From the NCBI GenBank assembly GCA_002437245.1, contig DJOQ01000010.1, positions 6,419-70,418 on the forward strand: a stretch of 64,000 nt of DNA, written 5' to 3'. Position numbers and translations under genes: made by a program. The notes below the pieces were generated by a model. That model had not been told where the DNA came from and searched no databases. It was given only the letters and a program-made list of their open reading frames with translations. This document shows positions 27,408 through 36,859 of this stretch, piece by piece (positions within the stretch are counted from its first letter, which is position 1; each line of letters opens with the position of its first letter). Source of the stretch: Ruminococcaceae bacterium UBA6434. Its GTDB lineage: Bacteria; Bacillota; Clostridia; Oscillospirales; Acutalibacteraceae.

Positions 27408-28630
27408 TTTTCTTCCCCTCCCGCCAACCGCAACAACTGCTTATAAACATCAATATACTGATGTATCAGCTTGTCCTTGCCGAATTTCTCATGGGCAAAG
27501 TTTTCACACGCCTCGGAATAAAACCGACTGCCGTTTTCGCGGACCTTTTTTACGGCATTTAAAATTCCCTCAAAATCGTTTTTCGGCACTACATAACCGC
27601 AGCCTTCGCCGACTATTTCGGGATTGGCGGTGGAATCGTAGCATATTACCGGCGTTCCACAAGAGAGCGCCTCCGCGGAGACCTTTCCGAAAGTTTCTTC
27701 AAGAGAAAATGTAATAAACACATCGGCAGCCGAATAAATTTCGGCAAGCTCATCGGTAGACGATGTTCGCGGTACGGCTATAATATTTTTCGGCAAAACC
27801 GTGTTTTCTTTGAGACCGCCGACCAAAACAACCGTTATCTCGGGGCATTCCTCTGCGAGCCTTATAAAGCTCTTTAAGCCTTTACGTTCGGACCAGGAGG
27901 TTGAAACTCCGACTGCCATAAAACCGTTGATGCCGTATTTTTCGCGTACGTTTTTTCCGTCGCGCGGATAGAATTTGTCAAAATCTATCCAGTTATATAT
28001 TGTTTTTACAACCGCAGCCTTTTTGGCTATCGGCGATTTTTTCACCTCGTTTGTAACGTAATCGGACACGCCTATAAGAGCAAGGCGGTCGATTTTTCCG
28101 AGAAGCTCGGTTTTTTCCCTGAGCAATTTTTTTGTCCTGTCAAAAAACCAAGTGGGATTGCCGTCGCTGAGATTCGGGCATTTTCCGCACTCTTTATGCC
28201 ACTTATCGCAGCCCGTTACGGCAAAGTGAACGCATTTGCCGGTTACGAACCAAAAATCGTGGAATGTTATGACAACCGCCACTTTCTTTTCGGCGAGATG
28301 CTTTAAAAGCATAGGCAGATTTATAAAATTGCCGTGGAGATTTCTGAGGTGGACAACATCGGGTTGTATTTTGACAATATATTTTATAAGTTTTTTGGTC
28401 GAAAAAAAAGAAAAGTGCGCCTGCTCACCAGTAATGCGCGAAAGAAGCCCGTGCATCTTTACATCAAACGGCGAGCCTATATGATAAAGGTTGACATCAT
28501 CGGGTTTGTCGGTTTTGGAATACGCAACATATGAACCGACGCCCTCTCTTAACAGCGCATGATGTAACTCAGCTGTGGTTCTGCCCGTACTGCTTAAATT
28601 ATATACGGCATTTATTTGTAAAACTTTCAT
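27404..28630 (-). CDS. Glycosyltransferase family 4 (GT-B)
   Basis: SLEETFGKVSAEALSCGTPVICYD motif. The ATG at 28630 follows GGGGTGAG. ATGA-type overlap with the downstream GT. Confidence 0.85.
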   Translation of the reverse strand: MKVLQINAVYNLSSTGRTTAELHHALLREGVGSYVAYSKTDKPDDVNLYHIGSPFDVKMHGLLSRITGEQAHFSFFSTKKLIKYIVKIQPDVVHLRNLHGNFINLPMLLKHLAEKKVAVVITFHDFWFVTGKCVHFAVTGCDKWHKECGKCPNLSDGNPTWFFDRTKKLLREKTELLGKIDRLALIGVSDYVTNEVKKSPIAKKAAVVKTIYNWIDFDKFYPRDGKNVREKYGINGFMAVGVSTSWSERKGLKSFIRLAEECPEITVVLVGGLKENTVLPKNIIAVPRTSSTDELAEIYSAADVFITFSLEETFGKVSAEALSCGTPVICYDSTANPEIVGEGCGYVVPKNDFEGILNAVKKVRENGSRFYSEACENFAHEKFGKDKLIHQYIDVYKQLLRLAGGEEK

Positions 28631-28752
28631 TTTTCTCACCCCTTATTCAGTTTTATTCTCCTCGAGTTCAAGCACCTAAAACAAAATTTCTTATAAAAAA
28701 CCATAACCGTAACATCCGCAACGTTCACGCTGTGTCTGTCACGGGAATAACG

Positions 28753-30033
28753 TCAATTTCTTTTTTGTAATACTTTTTCTATGCTCTCCTTAAGTAACCT
28801 CTGAATATTGACACGGTCAAAAGATTTTTTGCCGTATTCCCAAGCTTTTGCCGCATATTCGTCAATCATATTCTTGTCATTTATAAGCCGGTTTAATTTC
28901 TCATATATTTCATCGTCGCTTTTTGCAACGACAGCGGCGTCGTTTTTTATAAGACAGTCAATCGAAGCCGCTTTTTCGGGTCCGACGGCAAAAATACATT
29001 TGGCGCTGTGAAAGCAGTCGACAAGCTTTGTCGAAAAAGAGTAATGAATCAGATTAAAATACTCCTCTTTAAAGCTTTCGGCGTGAATCAGTATATCGGC
29101 TTCACTTTGAAGCTTCTGCACTTCGAGAGCCGAAACGCTCCCCATAAAAAACGAATTACTTGAATCAGCCATCGCCTTTTTCTGCTCGTCGGTGAGCGGA
29201 GTTGCCGAATATATCCTGAGTTCCGCCTTTTTGCCGTCCCGATTGATTTTTTCAAGCGCCTTTGTAATATGCGAAATTGTTTCCGAACGACCCAAGGCAA
29301 GGTTTCCGGCATACAAAATTTTAAGCGGATTATTGTGCAAAACGGGCTTTTCTTCACGCTTTGAAAAATCCGCACCCTTTGTAATTACCTTACATTCCCT
29401 TGAAAAAATCTTTTCGTAATCATACTTTTGAATATCCGATATTACAAACAAGTCCGACGCCAATGCCGCGGTTTTCCTCATCTTTTTACGGCGGAAAAAT
29501 TGTGCCGCGCGTAAAAGCGGAGATTTTGAATAAGGGTAACTGTAATTATCGTCCCAAGCGTACAAAATCACTTTTGCACCCGAAATCTTTGCGGCATACG
29601 CCGCCATATCATTAACCGCGGAATTACTGCTGAGGACGGAAAAAATCAAATCGGGATTTACTTCTTCTATGTAAGCCCTCAAATTTTCATTTTTCCACGG
29701 CGCAAGTTTCCAAACCGCATCCCTTGCAATATATTTAAGCTGAGACTGGTTGAGCTTAACCGTGGTCTCTAATTTTTGAGCGCTCTTGTCCTCCAACGTA
29801 GTTTCTTCGTAATTTTCGACCTTTTTGCCTATTTTTTTACTGTTAAATATGTTTTTTACAAGCTGAGCTTCGGCAATGCGAAAAGCGCTTTTGATTTTTT
29901 TGTCGGGATAACCTGTCCTGCTGTAAAGGCTGTAAAATTCCGCGTCAAAGCCGTCAAACAAATTCAGAAATGAATTTCCGATACTTGTTTGCCTGTTAAC
30001 AGGCGAAGACGAAACAAACAATATTCTCATCAT
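28753..30033 (-). CDS. GT-B-fold glycosyltransferase-like protein (divergent)
   Basis: MRILFVSSS N-terminus and a C-terminal half with ILIHAESF...STKLVDCF in the EX7E-like position. Only weak motif support. Confidence 0.55.
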   Translation of the reverse strand: MMRILFVSSSPVNRQTSIGNSFLNLFDGFDAEFYSLYSRTGYPDKKIKSAFRIAEAQLVKNIFNSKKIGKKVENYEETTLEDKSAQKLETTVKLNQSQLKYIARDAVWKLAPWKNENLRAYIEEVNPDLIFSVLSSNSAVNDMAAYAAKISGAKVILYAWDDNYSYPYSKSPLLRAAQFFRRKKMRKTAALASDLFVISDIQKYDYEKIFSRECKVITKGADFSKREEKPVLHNNPLKILYAGNLALGRSETISHITKALEKINRDGKKAELRIYSATPLTDEQKKAMADSSNSFFMGSVSALEVQKLQSEADILIHAESFKEEYFNLIHYSFSTKLVDCFHSAKCIFAVGPEKAASIDCLIKNDAAVVAKSDDEIYEKLNRLINDKNMIDEYAAKAWEYGKKSFDRVNIQRLLKESIEKVLQKRN

Positions 30034-30042
30034 TGTTCCCCG

Positions 30043-30945
30043 TTACTTTGTATTTATATCGATAAGATTGCCGAGCTTGGTCTCCCACTCCACGGGATAA
30101 AAACGGTTAAATCCGCCGCCGTGGAAAAATGTAAACTCGCCGAAGTAAATTTTTCCGCCTACCTCAAACAAATCGATTCTGACGAATTTAATGCCCTTGG
30201 ACAATTTTTCTGCCAGTGCCTTCATTTCGTCGAATTTTTCCGGCTTCTCAATTACTTTTCCGGATTGCGGATGAATATTTGTAATGTCAAGATGATTGAA
30301 ATCCATATCGAAAAAGTCAAATTTGACATCCGTTGCGCGGTCCGTAGCGATAAACATTATTTCAGGTTTTCCGTTGAAGCAGAAAAACTTATAGTCTTTT
30401 ATTCCGCCCACACCTCCGGACGGGTCTTTCATAAATTTTTCGGCAAAAATGTATCTGTCGATACCCTTGTAACAAGGTTCTCTGCCGTACTCATAAAAAT
30501 CCTGCTTTAATCTTGATGCATAAAACTTACGTAAAGACTCCATCTTTTCCTTTGTAAGAGCAGACTTGTTACGGATTAAATTAACGCTGCCCGAATCATG
30601 ATTGCATTTAAGTACAAATTCTTCGGGGAGAGAGTCGAAGTCTATTTCGTCAAAGCTTTTCCATTTGCCGAGCATCGGAAACATATATCCGTCGCCGATT
30701 TTCTCTTTTATTATGTCGCGCACCTTTATTTTGTCCGCATAATCACGGTATTTTGTATAATCTTCATGTATTTTCATCCATTGAAGCTTCTCGTTAAAAT
30801 ACGTGGGGTGTTTTAAATCGGGCCACTTGCCCGTTGCCGCCCAGTAATACAAACTGATATACAGCGGCGTCGGCACAAATCGCAGGAATCGTGTGATAGA
30901 ATGACGCACACCCCTTGATTTAACCATATTTTTAATTGTTCCCAT
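30043..30945 (-). CDS. TupA-like ATP-grasp amide ligase
   Basis: About 300 aa. YFNEKLQWMKI...DKIKVRD...EFVLKCNHDSG...KDYKFFCFNG...DLFEVGGKIYFGEFTFF is the pattern recalled for the ATPgrasp_TupA family. Confidence 0.72.
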   Translation of the reverse strand: MGTIKNMVKSRGVRHSITRFLRFVPTPLYISLYYWAATGKWPDLKHPTYFNEKLQWMKIHEDYTKYRDYADKIKVRDIIKEKIGDGYMFPMLGKWKSFDEIDFDSLPEEFVLKCNHDSGSVNLIRNKSALTKEKMESLRKFYASRLKQDFYEYGREPCYKGIDRYIFAEKFMKDPSGGVGGIKDYKFFCFNGKPEIMFIATDRATDVKFDFFDMDFNHLDITNIHPQSGKVIEKPEKFDEMKALAEKLSKGIKFVRIDLFEVGGKIYFGEFTFFHGGGFNRFYPVEWETKLGNLIDINTK

Positions 30946-31028
30946 TTTAAAATTCTCCTTATTACCACTCGATAGTAAGCTTAATACCGGCTCAACAGCC
31001 TAATCCCGATCACAGCCGAGAACCCTTT

Positions 31029-32594
31029 TTAATACGGTAAGAATTGATTAATTGTAAATATGGCATTCGTAAGTTTTGCTCTAGTGTCAGTGTCATTCAT
31101 ATTCACAACATGAATATTCATATCGTAAAGCTCTTTGTTAAGATATTTTTTCATATCGAGATGGTGCTCGTCCGAAATTCTCTTTTCGAGCGGAACTCTG
31201 AACAAAGTATCGAGAAATTTGCGGTTGTTGTAGGGGAACGTCAAATCAAAGCAGAATTTCATCTCGCTGATATTAAGTCCGCCCCAACTGCCCATCACAA
31301 CCTCGTTGTAGTGCATATCCACGGTCGGATAACAATCGGGAATTTTATCGTACTCAAATTCCTTGATATATTTAGCAAAAATTTTATCTGTCTTATGAGC
31401 AAGAGATCTGTTAAAAACAAACATCTTATAAAGACTGCGGTATAACTTCGGAGATAGCTTTGGAAATTTTTTCTTATTGAGATGCTTATACCAACGACCT
31501 CTTATTATTTCCGATACCCACGATTTAACCTCAACATCGCATCCGCAGTTCTCTTCAAGATAAAATCTTTTTCGCGATTCATTCGATTTGCGCTCCGCTA
31601 TATAACCGCTGTTATGGCGCTGTATTTCGACCTTAACATCGTAGTCGGGTATCTCGGCATTATCCTCGGGGATATTATAGATATGATGCTTCACGCCGAA
31701 AGCCTTGGCTATTTCGGCAGCCGCTTCGGCGTCGCGTATTTCCTTTTCGGCGGAGATATAACTGAATGTCTCAAACCTGTCATACATTCCGTTTGCCGCC
31801 GCAAAAGTGGTGTTGCTGTCAATGCCGCCGGTAAGCGATATCCATGGATGCTTCCACTTTTTCGATATCAGCTCCATATTCTTTTTCAGAATGTCGGCAG
31901 CTTCTTTAATTACCCTGTTGTATTCTTCGCCCTCGGCAAATCGGAACGGTTTTAAAGGCCAAAAGCGTTTATGCGAAAGCATGCCGCCGCCATACGTATA
32001 TTCCGTGCTCGGAATAATTCTCTTGACGTTTGCAAACGGTGACAAATCCGCGGGAAGATACGGTCCCATAACTCTGCCGTACCACTTATAAGCAATTAGT
32101 TCCTTGATAAAATCATCCATTTCAAGATTGCAAATATCGCCTATAAGCTGAGGGTGAGACGACAAATAGAAGTGACCGTCTATAACTCCGTAACAAGCCG
32201 ACTGCATACCGGCAGGGTCAACCGAAAATTTAATTTTACCGTTTTCAATCGAGCCTAACACATACACGCCCGTAATTTCAGATATTCTGTCATAATACCT
32301 ATCCGTCCCATAGTCCTTAAGAAAATCGGCAAGTATTTTTTCCTCGTTGATTTCCATCAGGAAAGGGTCATAACAATGGCCGAATAAAAACAGCGTGACG
32401 TTTTCGTTTGCAGCAAAATGGACAGCGGTTTTATTATGTGTGTAAAAATACAAGCCGCACTTTTCCGTTTCGTTCCAATTGCCGTAGAACGGAAAATCAT
32501 TGAGATTTTCGATTTTTTCGTCGGTCGCCAAAAATCCCCTGATAAACAGATATTTCTGAAGGTCTGGTCTGTTTGCAAGTTGTTCTTGAAGCAT
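31029..32594 (-). CDS. PP-loop ATP pyrophosphatase, asparagine-synthase-C-terminal-like, lacking an N-terminal Cys nucleophile
   Basis: SLTGGIDS PP-loop near aa 255 and a length of ~520 aa. The N-terminus is MLQEQ (or MFLML), with no Cys2. The ATG at 32594 is 10 nt after GGAGA. Confidence 0.6.
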   Translation of the reverse strand: MLQEQLANRPDLQKYLFIRGFLATDEKIENLNDFPFYGNWNETEKCGLYFYTHNKTAVHFAANENVTLFLFGHCYDPFLMEINEEKILADFLKDYGTDRYYDRISEITGVYVLGSIENGKIKFSVDPAGMQSACYGVIDGHFYLSSHPQLIGDICNLEMDDFIKELIAYKWYGRVMGPYLPADLSPFANVKRIIPSTEYTYGGGMLSHKRFWPLKPFRFAEGEEYNRVIKEAADILKKNMELISKKWKHPWISLTGGIDSNTTFAAANGMYDRFETFSYISAEKEIRDAEAAAEIAKAFGVKHHIYNIPEDNAEIPDYDVKVEIQRHNSGYIAERKSNESRKRFYLEENCGCDVEVKSWVSEIIRGRWYKHLNKKKFPKLSPKLYRSLYKMFVFNRSLAHKTDKIFAKYIKEFEYDKIPDCYPTVDMHYNEVVMGSWGGLNISEMKFCFDLTFPYNNRKFLDTLFRVPLEKRISDEHHLDMKKYLNKELYDMNIHVVNMNDTDTRAKLTNAIFTINQFLPY

Positions 32595-32617
32595 TAAAAA
32601 CACATCTCCGTATAAAA

Positions 32618-33937
32618 TTAAAGTCTCCAGTATTTATAGCCCGCTTTTTCGTAATCCTTGCGTGAAAGCAGACCTTTAATATCAATAAGCACTTTTTCTT
32701 CGTTTCCGCCCGGTTTGAACATTTTGTCAAAATCAGCCTCGGTAAGTGCTTTGAGTCTATCATGAGCCACGGCAAGTATAACGGCGTCGCAATTTTTTAT
32801 ATCGTCCGTTTTTACAAACTCTATGCCGTAAAGGCGCTTTGCCTCATCGCTGTCGGCAACGGGGTCCGCGATTACCGGTGTAATTCCGTATTCGCGAAGT
32901 TCATTGTAAATATCGATAATTTTCGTATTTCTCGTGTCGGGGCAATTCTCTTTAAACGTGAAGCCGAGAATTGCAACCTTTGCGTTTTTTACGGGGACAT
33001 CCGCCTTTATAAGATTTTTAACGGTGTTTTCGGCTACGTACTTGCCCATATCGTCGTTTATGCGTCTGCCCGAAAGGATTATCTGGCTGTGATAGCCCAT
33101 CTCCTCGGCCTTATATGTAAGGTAATAGGGGTCAACGCCTATACAGTGTCCGCCGACAAGTCCGGGATAGAATTTGAGGAAATTCCACTTTGTGCCTGCC
33201 GCCTCCAAAACAGATTTTGTATCTATGCCCATTTTGTTGAAGATTATTGACAGCTCATTCATAAACGCAATGTTTATATCCCTCTGGCTGTTTTCAATAA
33301 CCTTTGCAGCCTCGGCAACCTTGATGCTCTCCGCTCTGTGTACGCCTGCCTTTACGACAAGCTCATAGGTTTTTGCCACGGTATCAAGAGTTTCATCGTC
33401 CATACCACTTACTATTTTGGTTATTGTCTCAAGGCGGTGTACCTTGTCGCCGGGGTTTATTCTCTCGGGACTGTAACCGATTTTAAAGTCCGTACCGCAT
33501 TTAAGCCCCGACTCTTTTTCGAGTATCGGCACGCAAATATCCTCGGTAACGCCGGGATAAACGGTGCTCTCATATACAACTACAGAGCCCTTTGTAAGAT
33601 TTCTGCCGACGATTTCACTCGCGCTCTCTACCGGAGTGAGGTCGGGGGTGTGGTCGTCGTTTACGGGAGTAGGCACGGCAACAATTATAAACCTTGCCTC
33701 CTTGAGCTTGCTTTCGTCCGCCGTAAACTCGACAGAACAATTCTTAACAGCCTCGTTGCCGACTTCATTGGTCGGGTCTATGCCGTTTTTGTAGAGTTCG
33801 ATTTTTTTGGCGTTAAGATCAAAACCCACTACCTTAACTTTCTTTGAAAATGAAACTGCAATAGGCATACCTACGTAGCCGAGACCCACAAGTGCTAATT
33901 TTTCCTCACCTTTTACAATTTTTTCATATAAGTTCAT
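32618..33937 (-). CDS. UDP-N-acetylhexosamine 6-dehydrogenase (TviB/WbpO/CapL-like nucleotide-sugar dehydrogenase)
   Basis: LALVGLGYVGMPIA Rossmann fold, catalytic GLVGGHCIGVDPYYL, ~440 aa. The ATG at 33937 follows GGAGAGG. Confidence 0.88.
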   Translation of the reverse strand: MNLYEKIVKGEEKLALVGLGYVGMPIAVSFSKKVKVVGFDLNAKKIELYKNGIDPTNEVGNEAVKNCSVEFTADESKLKEARFIIVAVPTPVNDDHTPDLTPVESASEIVGRNLTKGSVVVYESTVYPGVTEDICVPILEKESGLKCGTDFKIGYSPERINPGDKVHRLETITKIVSGMDDETLDTVAKTYELVVKAGVHRAESIKVAEAAKVIENSQRDINIAFMNELSIIFNKMGIDTKSVLEAAGTKWNFLKFYPGLVGGHCIGVDPYYLTYKAEEMGYHSQIILSGRRINDDMGKYVAENTVKNLIKADVPVKNAKVAILGFTFKENCPDTRNTKIIDIYNELREYGITPVIADPVADSDEAKRLYGIEFVKTDDIKNCDAVILAVAHDRLKALTEADFDKMFKPGGNEEKVLIDIKGLLSRKDYEKAGYKYWRL

Positions 33938-35072
33938 ATTGACCTCTCCTATCGTTATCTTTATGTTTACTCTCAATCTGACAGAATCTCAGCATGTTTT
34001 CATTGACTTTTCTGACATCGTATTTTTCTTTACAATACTCATAACTCGCTTCACCCATTTTTGGAATCATTTCCGGGTGATTGATAAACCAAATCAATTT
34101 TTCCGCTAAAGCTTCGCTGTCCTTAGCAGGAACCAAAAAACCTGTTATTCCATTGCGTACCGTTTCACGACAGCCTGCTACATCCGTTGCGATAATAGGA
34201 CGTTTGGTTGCCATAGCCTCCAAGATAACACGTCCCGTCCCCTCTCTGTATGACGGTAAAACAAATACCGAACATTCTCCGTAATAAGGTGCAACATTAT
34301 CCGTTTCGCCGAAGTATACAATCGTTCCGTTATCTATATATTTCTGCAGAGCTTCTCGGCTGATTGAATCCTGAATGCCCTCGCACGCTCCCAAAAGCAT
34401 AAATTTCACATCAGGATATATTTTTTTTACCTTCTCAGCCGCACTTAAATACTCACGAATACCCTTCGCATACATAACGCGCGAAAGCATAAAAAAAGTC
34501 ATCGTTTCAGGATAAGGCAACGGTTTAAAGCGTTCCATATTGACGCCTGAACCGTTAACAACTCGACACTTCTCCGGCTTTACAATCTTTAGTTTAATTG
34601 CATAGTCACGGTCATCGGGATTTTGAAAAACCACTGTATGAGCACATCTTAATGCCGGTCTATAAAGCAAAGACATTATCAAACGAATAGTCCTCGCCTT
34701 CAAAGTTTTCTGTGTAAATGCATAACCCAGCCCTGTAATCATAGCTGTAATTTTCTTAACTCCGGCTCTTTTTGCGGCTATGGAGCCGTATATTACGGGC
34801 TTCGCGGTATACCCGAGAACCGCATCCGGCTTTTCCTCGCGAAACAGCTTATATAATGCCCTTTCATACCGGATATCCTTAAACGGATTTACTCCGTTTT
34901 TTTCCATGGGTATCTCGACGAAGCGTGCGCCGAGGGCTTCGATTTTTTCCACTCCCACCCTGTTGGGGCCGGTGACGATAACCTCATATCCGCACGAAAT
35001 TATTTTTTTGATAAGGTCGCCGCGAAAATTGTACGCCGTTCTGTTTTTAGGCGACACCAATATAAATTTCAA
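33924..35072 (-). CDS. Glycosyltransferase family 4 (GT-B)
   Basis: PSYREGTGRVILEAMATKRPIIATDVAGCRETV motif. TTG start 7 nt after GGGGAGA, with a TTGA overlap onto the upstream stop. Confidence 0.85.
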   Translation of the reverse strand: MKFILVSPKNRTAYNFRGDLIKKIISCGYEVIVTGPNRVGVEKIEALGARFVEIPMEKNGVNPFKDIRYERALYKLFREEKPDAVLGYTAKPVIYGSIAAKRAGVKKITAMITGLGYAFTQKTLKARTIRLIMSLLYRPALRCAHTVVFQNPDDRDYAIKLKIVKPEKCRVVNGSGVNMERFKPLPYPETMTFFMLSRVMYAKGIREYLSAAEKVKKIYPDVKFMLLGACEGIQDSISREALQKYIDNGTIVYFGETDNVAPYYGECSVFVLPSYREGTGRVILEAMATKRPIIATDVAGCRETVRNGITGFLVPAKDSEALAEKLIWFINHPEMIPKMGEASYEYCKEKYDVRKVNENMLRFCQIESKHKDNDRRGQYELI

Positions 35073-35989
35073 TATGTATTCTCCCCATTCAAAAATTCAC
35101 TTAAATTATTATATATCACCGAAAACAGGCGGTCTGCATTTTTTTCGGATACAAACGAATTGTGCGGAGTTATAATGACATTTTCCATATCCCACAGAGG
35201 GCTGTTTTGCGGCAACGGCTCGTTTTCAAAGACATCGAGCACCGCTCCGTAAATCCTTTTTTCGGAAAGAGCCGCAATAAGAGCCGATTCATCAACCACC
35301 GCGCCCCTTGATATGTTCACAAGAACGGCGGTATCTTTCATATATAAAAACATCTTTTCGCCGAAGAGACCCTTTGTCTCATCGGTAAGCGGAAGCGTTA
35401 AAACTGCAATATCGACATTTGAAAGCACGCTCGGAAGCTCCGACAACGGATAAATCTTATCATAATATTCATTTTCCGAGGGGTAAAGGTCAACGCCCGA
35501 AACTCGGCAGCCGAAAGCCTTAAAACGCTTTGCGCACTCCGTCCCCACAGAGCCGCAGCCTATTATCGCAACGCTCTTGCCGCAAAGCTCCCAAAGCTCT
35601 CTGTTTTTTTGCCAAAGGTGATTTTTTTGATTATCACGGAAGAAAAAGCTTTTCTTATAAATTAACAAAATACCGAGAACAGCAAATTCTGCCATCGGTA
35701 CGCTGTAAACGCCCCTTGCGTTAAAAAGGGCAATATTTTTACTTTTTATATACTCCGCGGGCACTCTGTCAAGGCCCGCGCTCGTGAGCTGAATGTATTT
35801 AAGACTTTTGAAATTTTTTATGTCATTATATAAAAACAGACCGTTGCATACGACCGCGTCAACAGATGAAACGTCAAAGGGAATTTCCTCTCTTTCGTCT
35901 GCGACGTAAAGAATCTCTGCCCCCATGGCTTTAAGCCGTGAAAGCTGACATTCCGTATATTTGTATGCACCGGTCAAAAGGATTTTCAT
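35069..35989 (-). CDS. D-isomer-specific 2-hydroxyacid dehydrogenase (NAD-binding)
   Basis: GCGSVGTECAKRF (GxGxxG), NISRGAVVD, DVFENEP and ITPHNS catalytic R/E/H pattern. Confidence 0.85.
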   Translation of the reverse strand: MKILLTGAYKYTECQLSRLKAMGAEILYVADEREEIPFDVSSVDAVVCNGLFLYNDIKNFKSLKYIQLTSAGLDRVPAEYIKSKNIALFNARGVYSVPMAEFAVLGILLIYKKSFFFRDNQKNHLWQKNRELWELCGKSVAIIGCGSVGTECAKRFKAFGCRVSGVDLYPSENEYYDKIYPLSELPSVLSNVDIAVLTLPLTDETKGLFGEKMFLYMKDTAVLVNISRGAVVDESALIAALSEKRIYGAVLDVFENEPLPQNSPLWDMENVIITPHNSFVSEKNADRLFSVIYNNLSEFLNGENTY

Positions 35990-36028
35990 TAAATGATACC
36001 CCTGTTACTGATTTTAAAACGCATGGCT

Positions 36029-36859
36029 TTACGAGATGCTTCTTTTCGCTTTTACGATATCATCGACGCATTGCACGAGCTTCCCGTGATTTTCCGCAAG
36101 CTCTTCGGGGGTCATTTTTTCCGCCTTTTTTTCATACTCGCGAAATTCTCTGACGCCGATATTAAACCTCTCATATATCTCATCCTCACGAAGCTTTGAA
36201 ACATCGCAAAATGCTCGCGACAATATCACCATGCCCGAACCGAGCCTGTAATGCTCGCCTATTATGTATTCCGCGGGCAACATAACTTTGCTGTGGACTC
36301 TGCCCACGCCTCCGAAGCCGTAAAATATGCCCTTTTCGCGGAACTTACGGCACAGCTTTTCCACCGTACCGTCCGCCACAAGCTGAAACATAAAGTCCAT
36401 TTTGTAGCCGAGATGCAAATCGTTAAGCCCTATATGCACTTCGTCTATCCCCGGCACCGCAATAATTTCGTCTATGTGCTCTACCGCCTCGGGTGTTTCC
36501 ACAAGAAGGCATGTCCTTGCCCTTTTGCCGACGCAGTTTATAAAAGCTCTTACCTCGTCCGCAGTCTTAAAATACGGGAGCATAACAATGTCGGCGCCGT
36601 CGTCTATTACGCGGTTGATTTCTTCACGTGAGCCGTCGTAAAACGAATTTACTCTGACCAAAAGCTCCGTCCTGTCTAAAACCGCGCTGAGCTTTTTCAC
36701 GTCGTCAATGCTGTTATGAGATATTACGGTATCCATATTTGCCTGACGCTCTGCCTTACCGCGGGTTTCAAGGTCAAGGAATATTCGGTCTACCGAAACG
36801 TCCTGTGCCGTTTTTGCGATTTTCGGATCGTTTGTCAGATACATAAGTTTAAGAGCCAT
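36029..36859 (-). CDS. HpcH/HpaI aldolase / citrate-lyase-beta (CitE) family TIM-barrel enzyme
   Basis: FLDLETRG, LLVETPEAVEHIDEI and VHIGLNDL align with the metal/substrate motifs of this family. Confidence 0.72.
   Translation of the reverse strand: MALKLMYLTNDPKIAKTAQDVSVDRIFLDLETRGKAERQANMDTVISHNSIDDVKKLSAVLDRTELLVRVNSFYDGSREEINRVIDDGADIVMLPYFKTADEVRAFINCVGKRARTCLLVETPEAVEHIDEIIAVPGIDEVHIGLNDLHLGYKMDFMFQLVADGTVEKLCRKFREKGIFYGFGGVGRVHSKVMLPAEYIIGEHYRLGSGMVILSRAFCDVSKLREDEIYERFNIGVREFREYEKKAEKMTPEELAENHGKLVQCVDDIVKAKRSIS

Noticed and set aside
36029-36859. PEP mutase / phosphonate biosynthesis enzyme in the glycan locus.
   Set aside because: The motifs (DLE, VETPEA, GLNDL) fit the HpcH/CitE family rather than the PEP mutase/isocitrate lyase signature. 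No phosphonopyruvate decarboxylase gene lies nearby.
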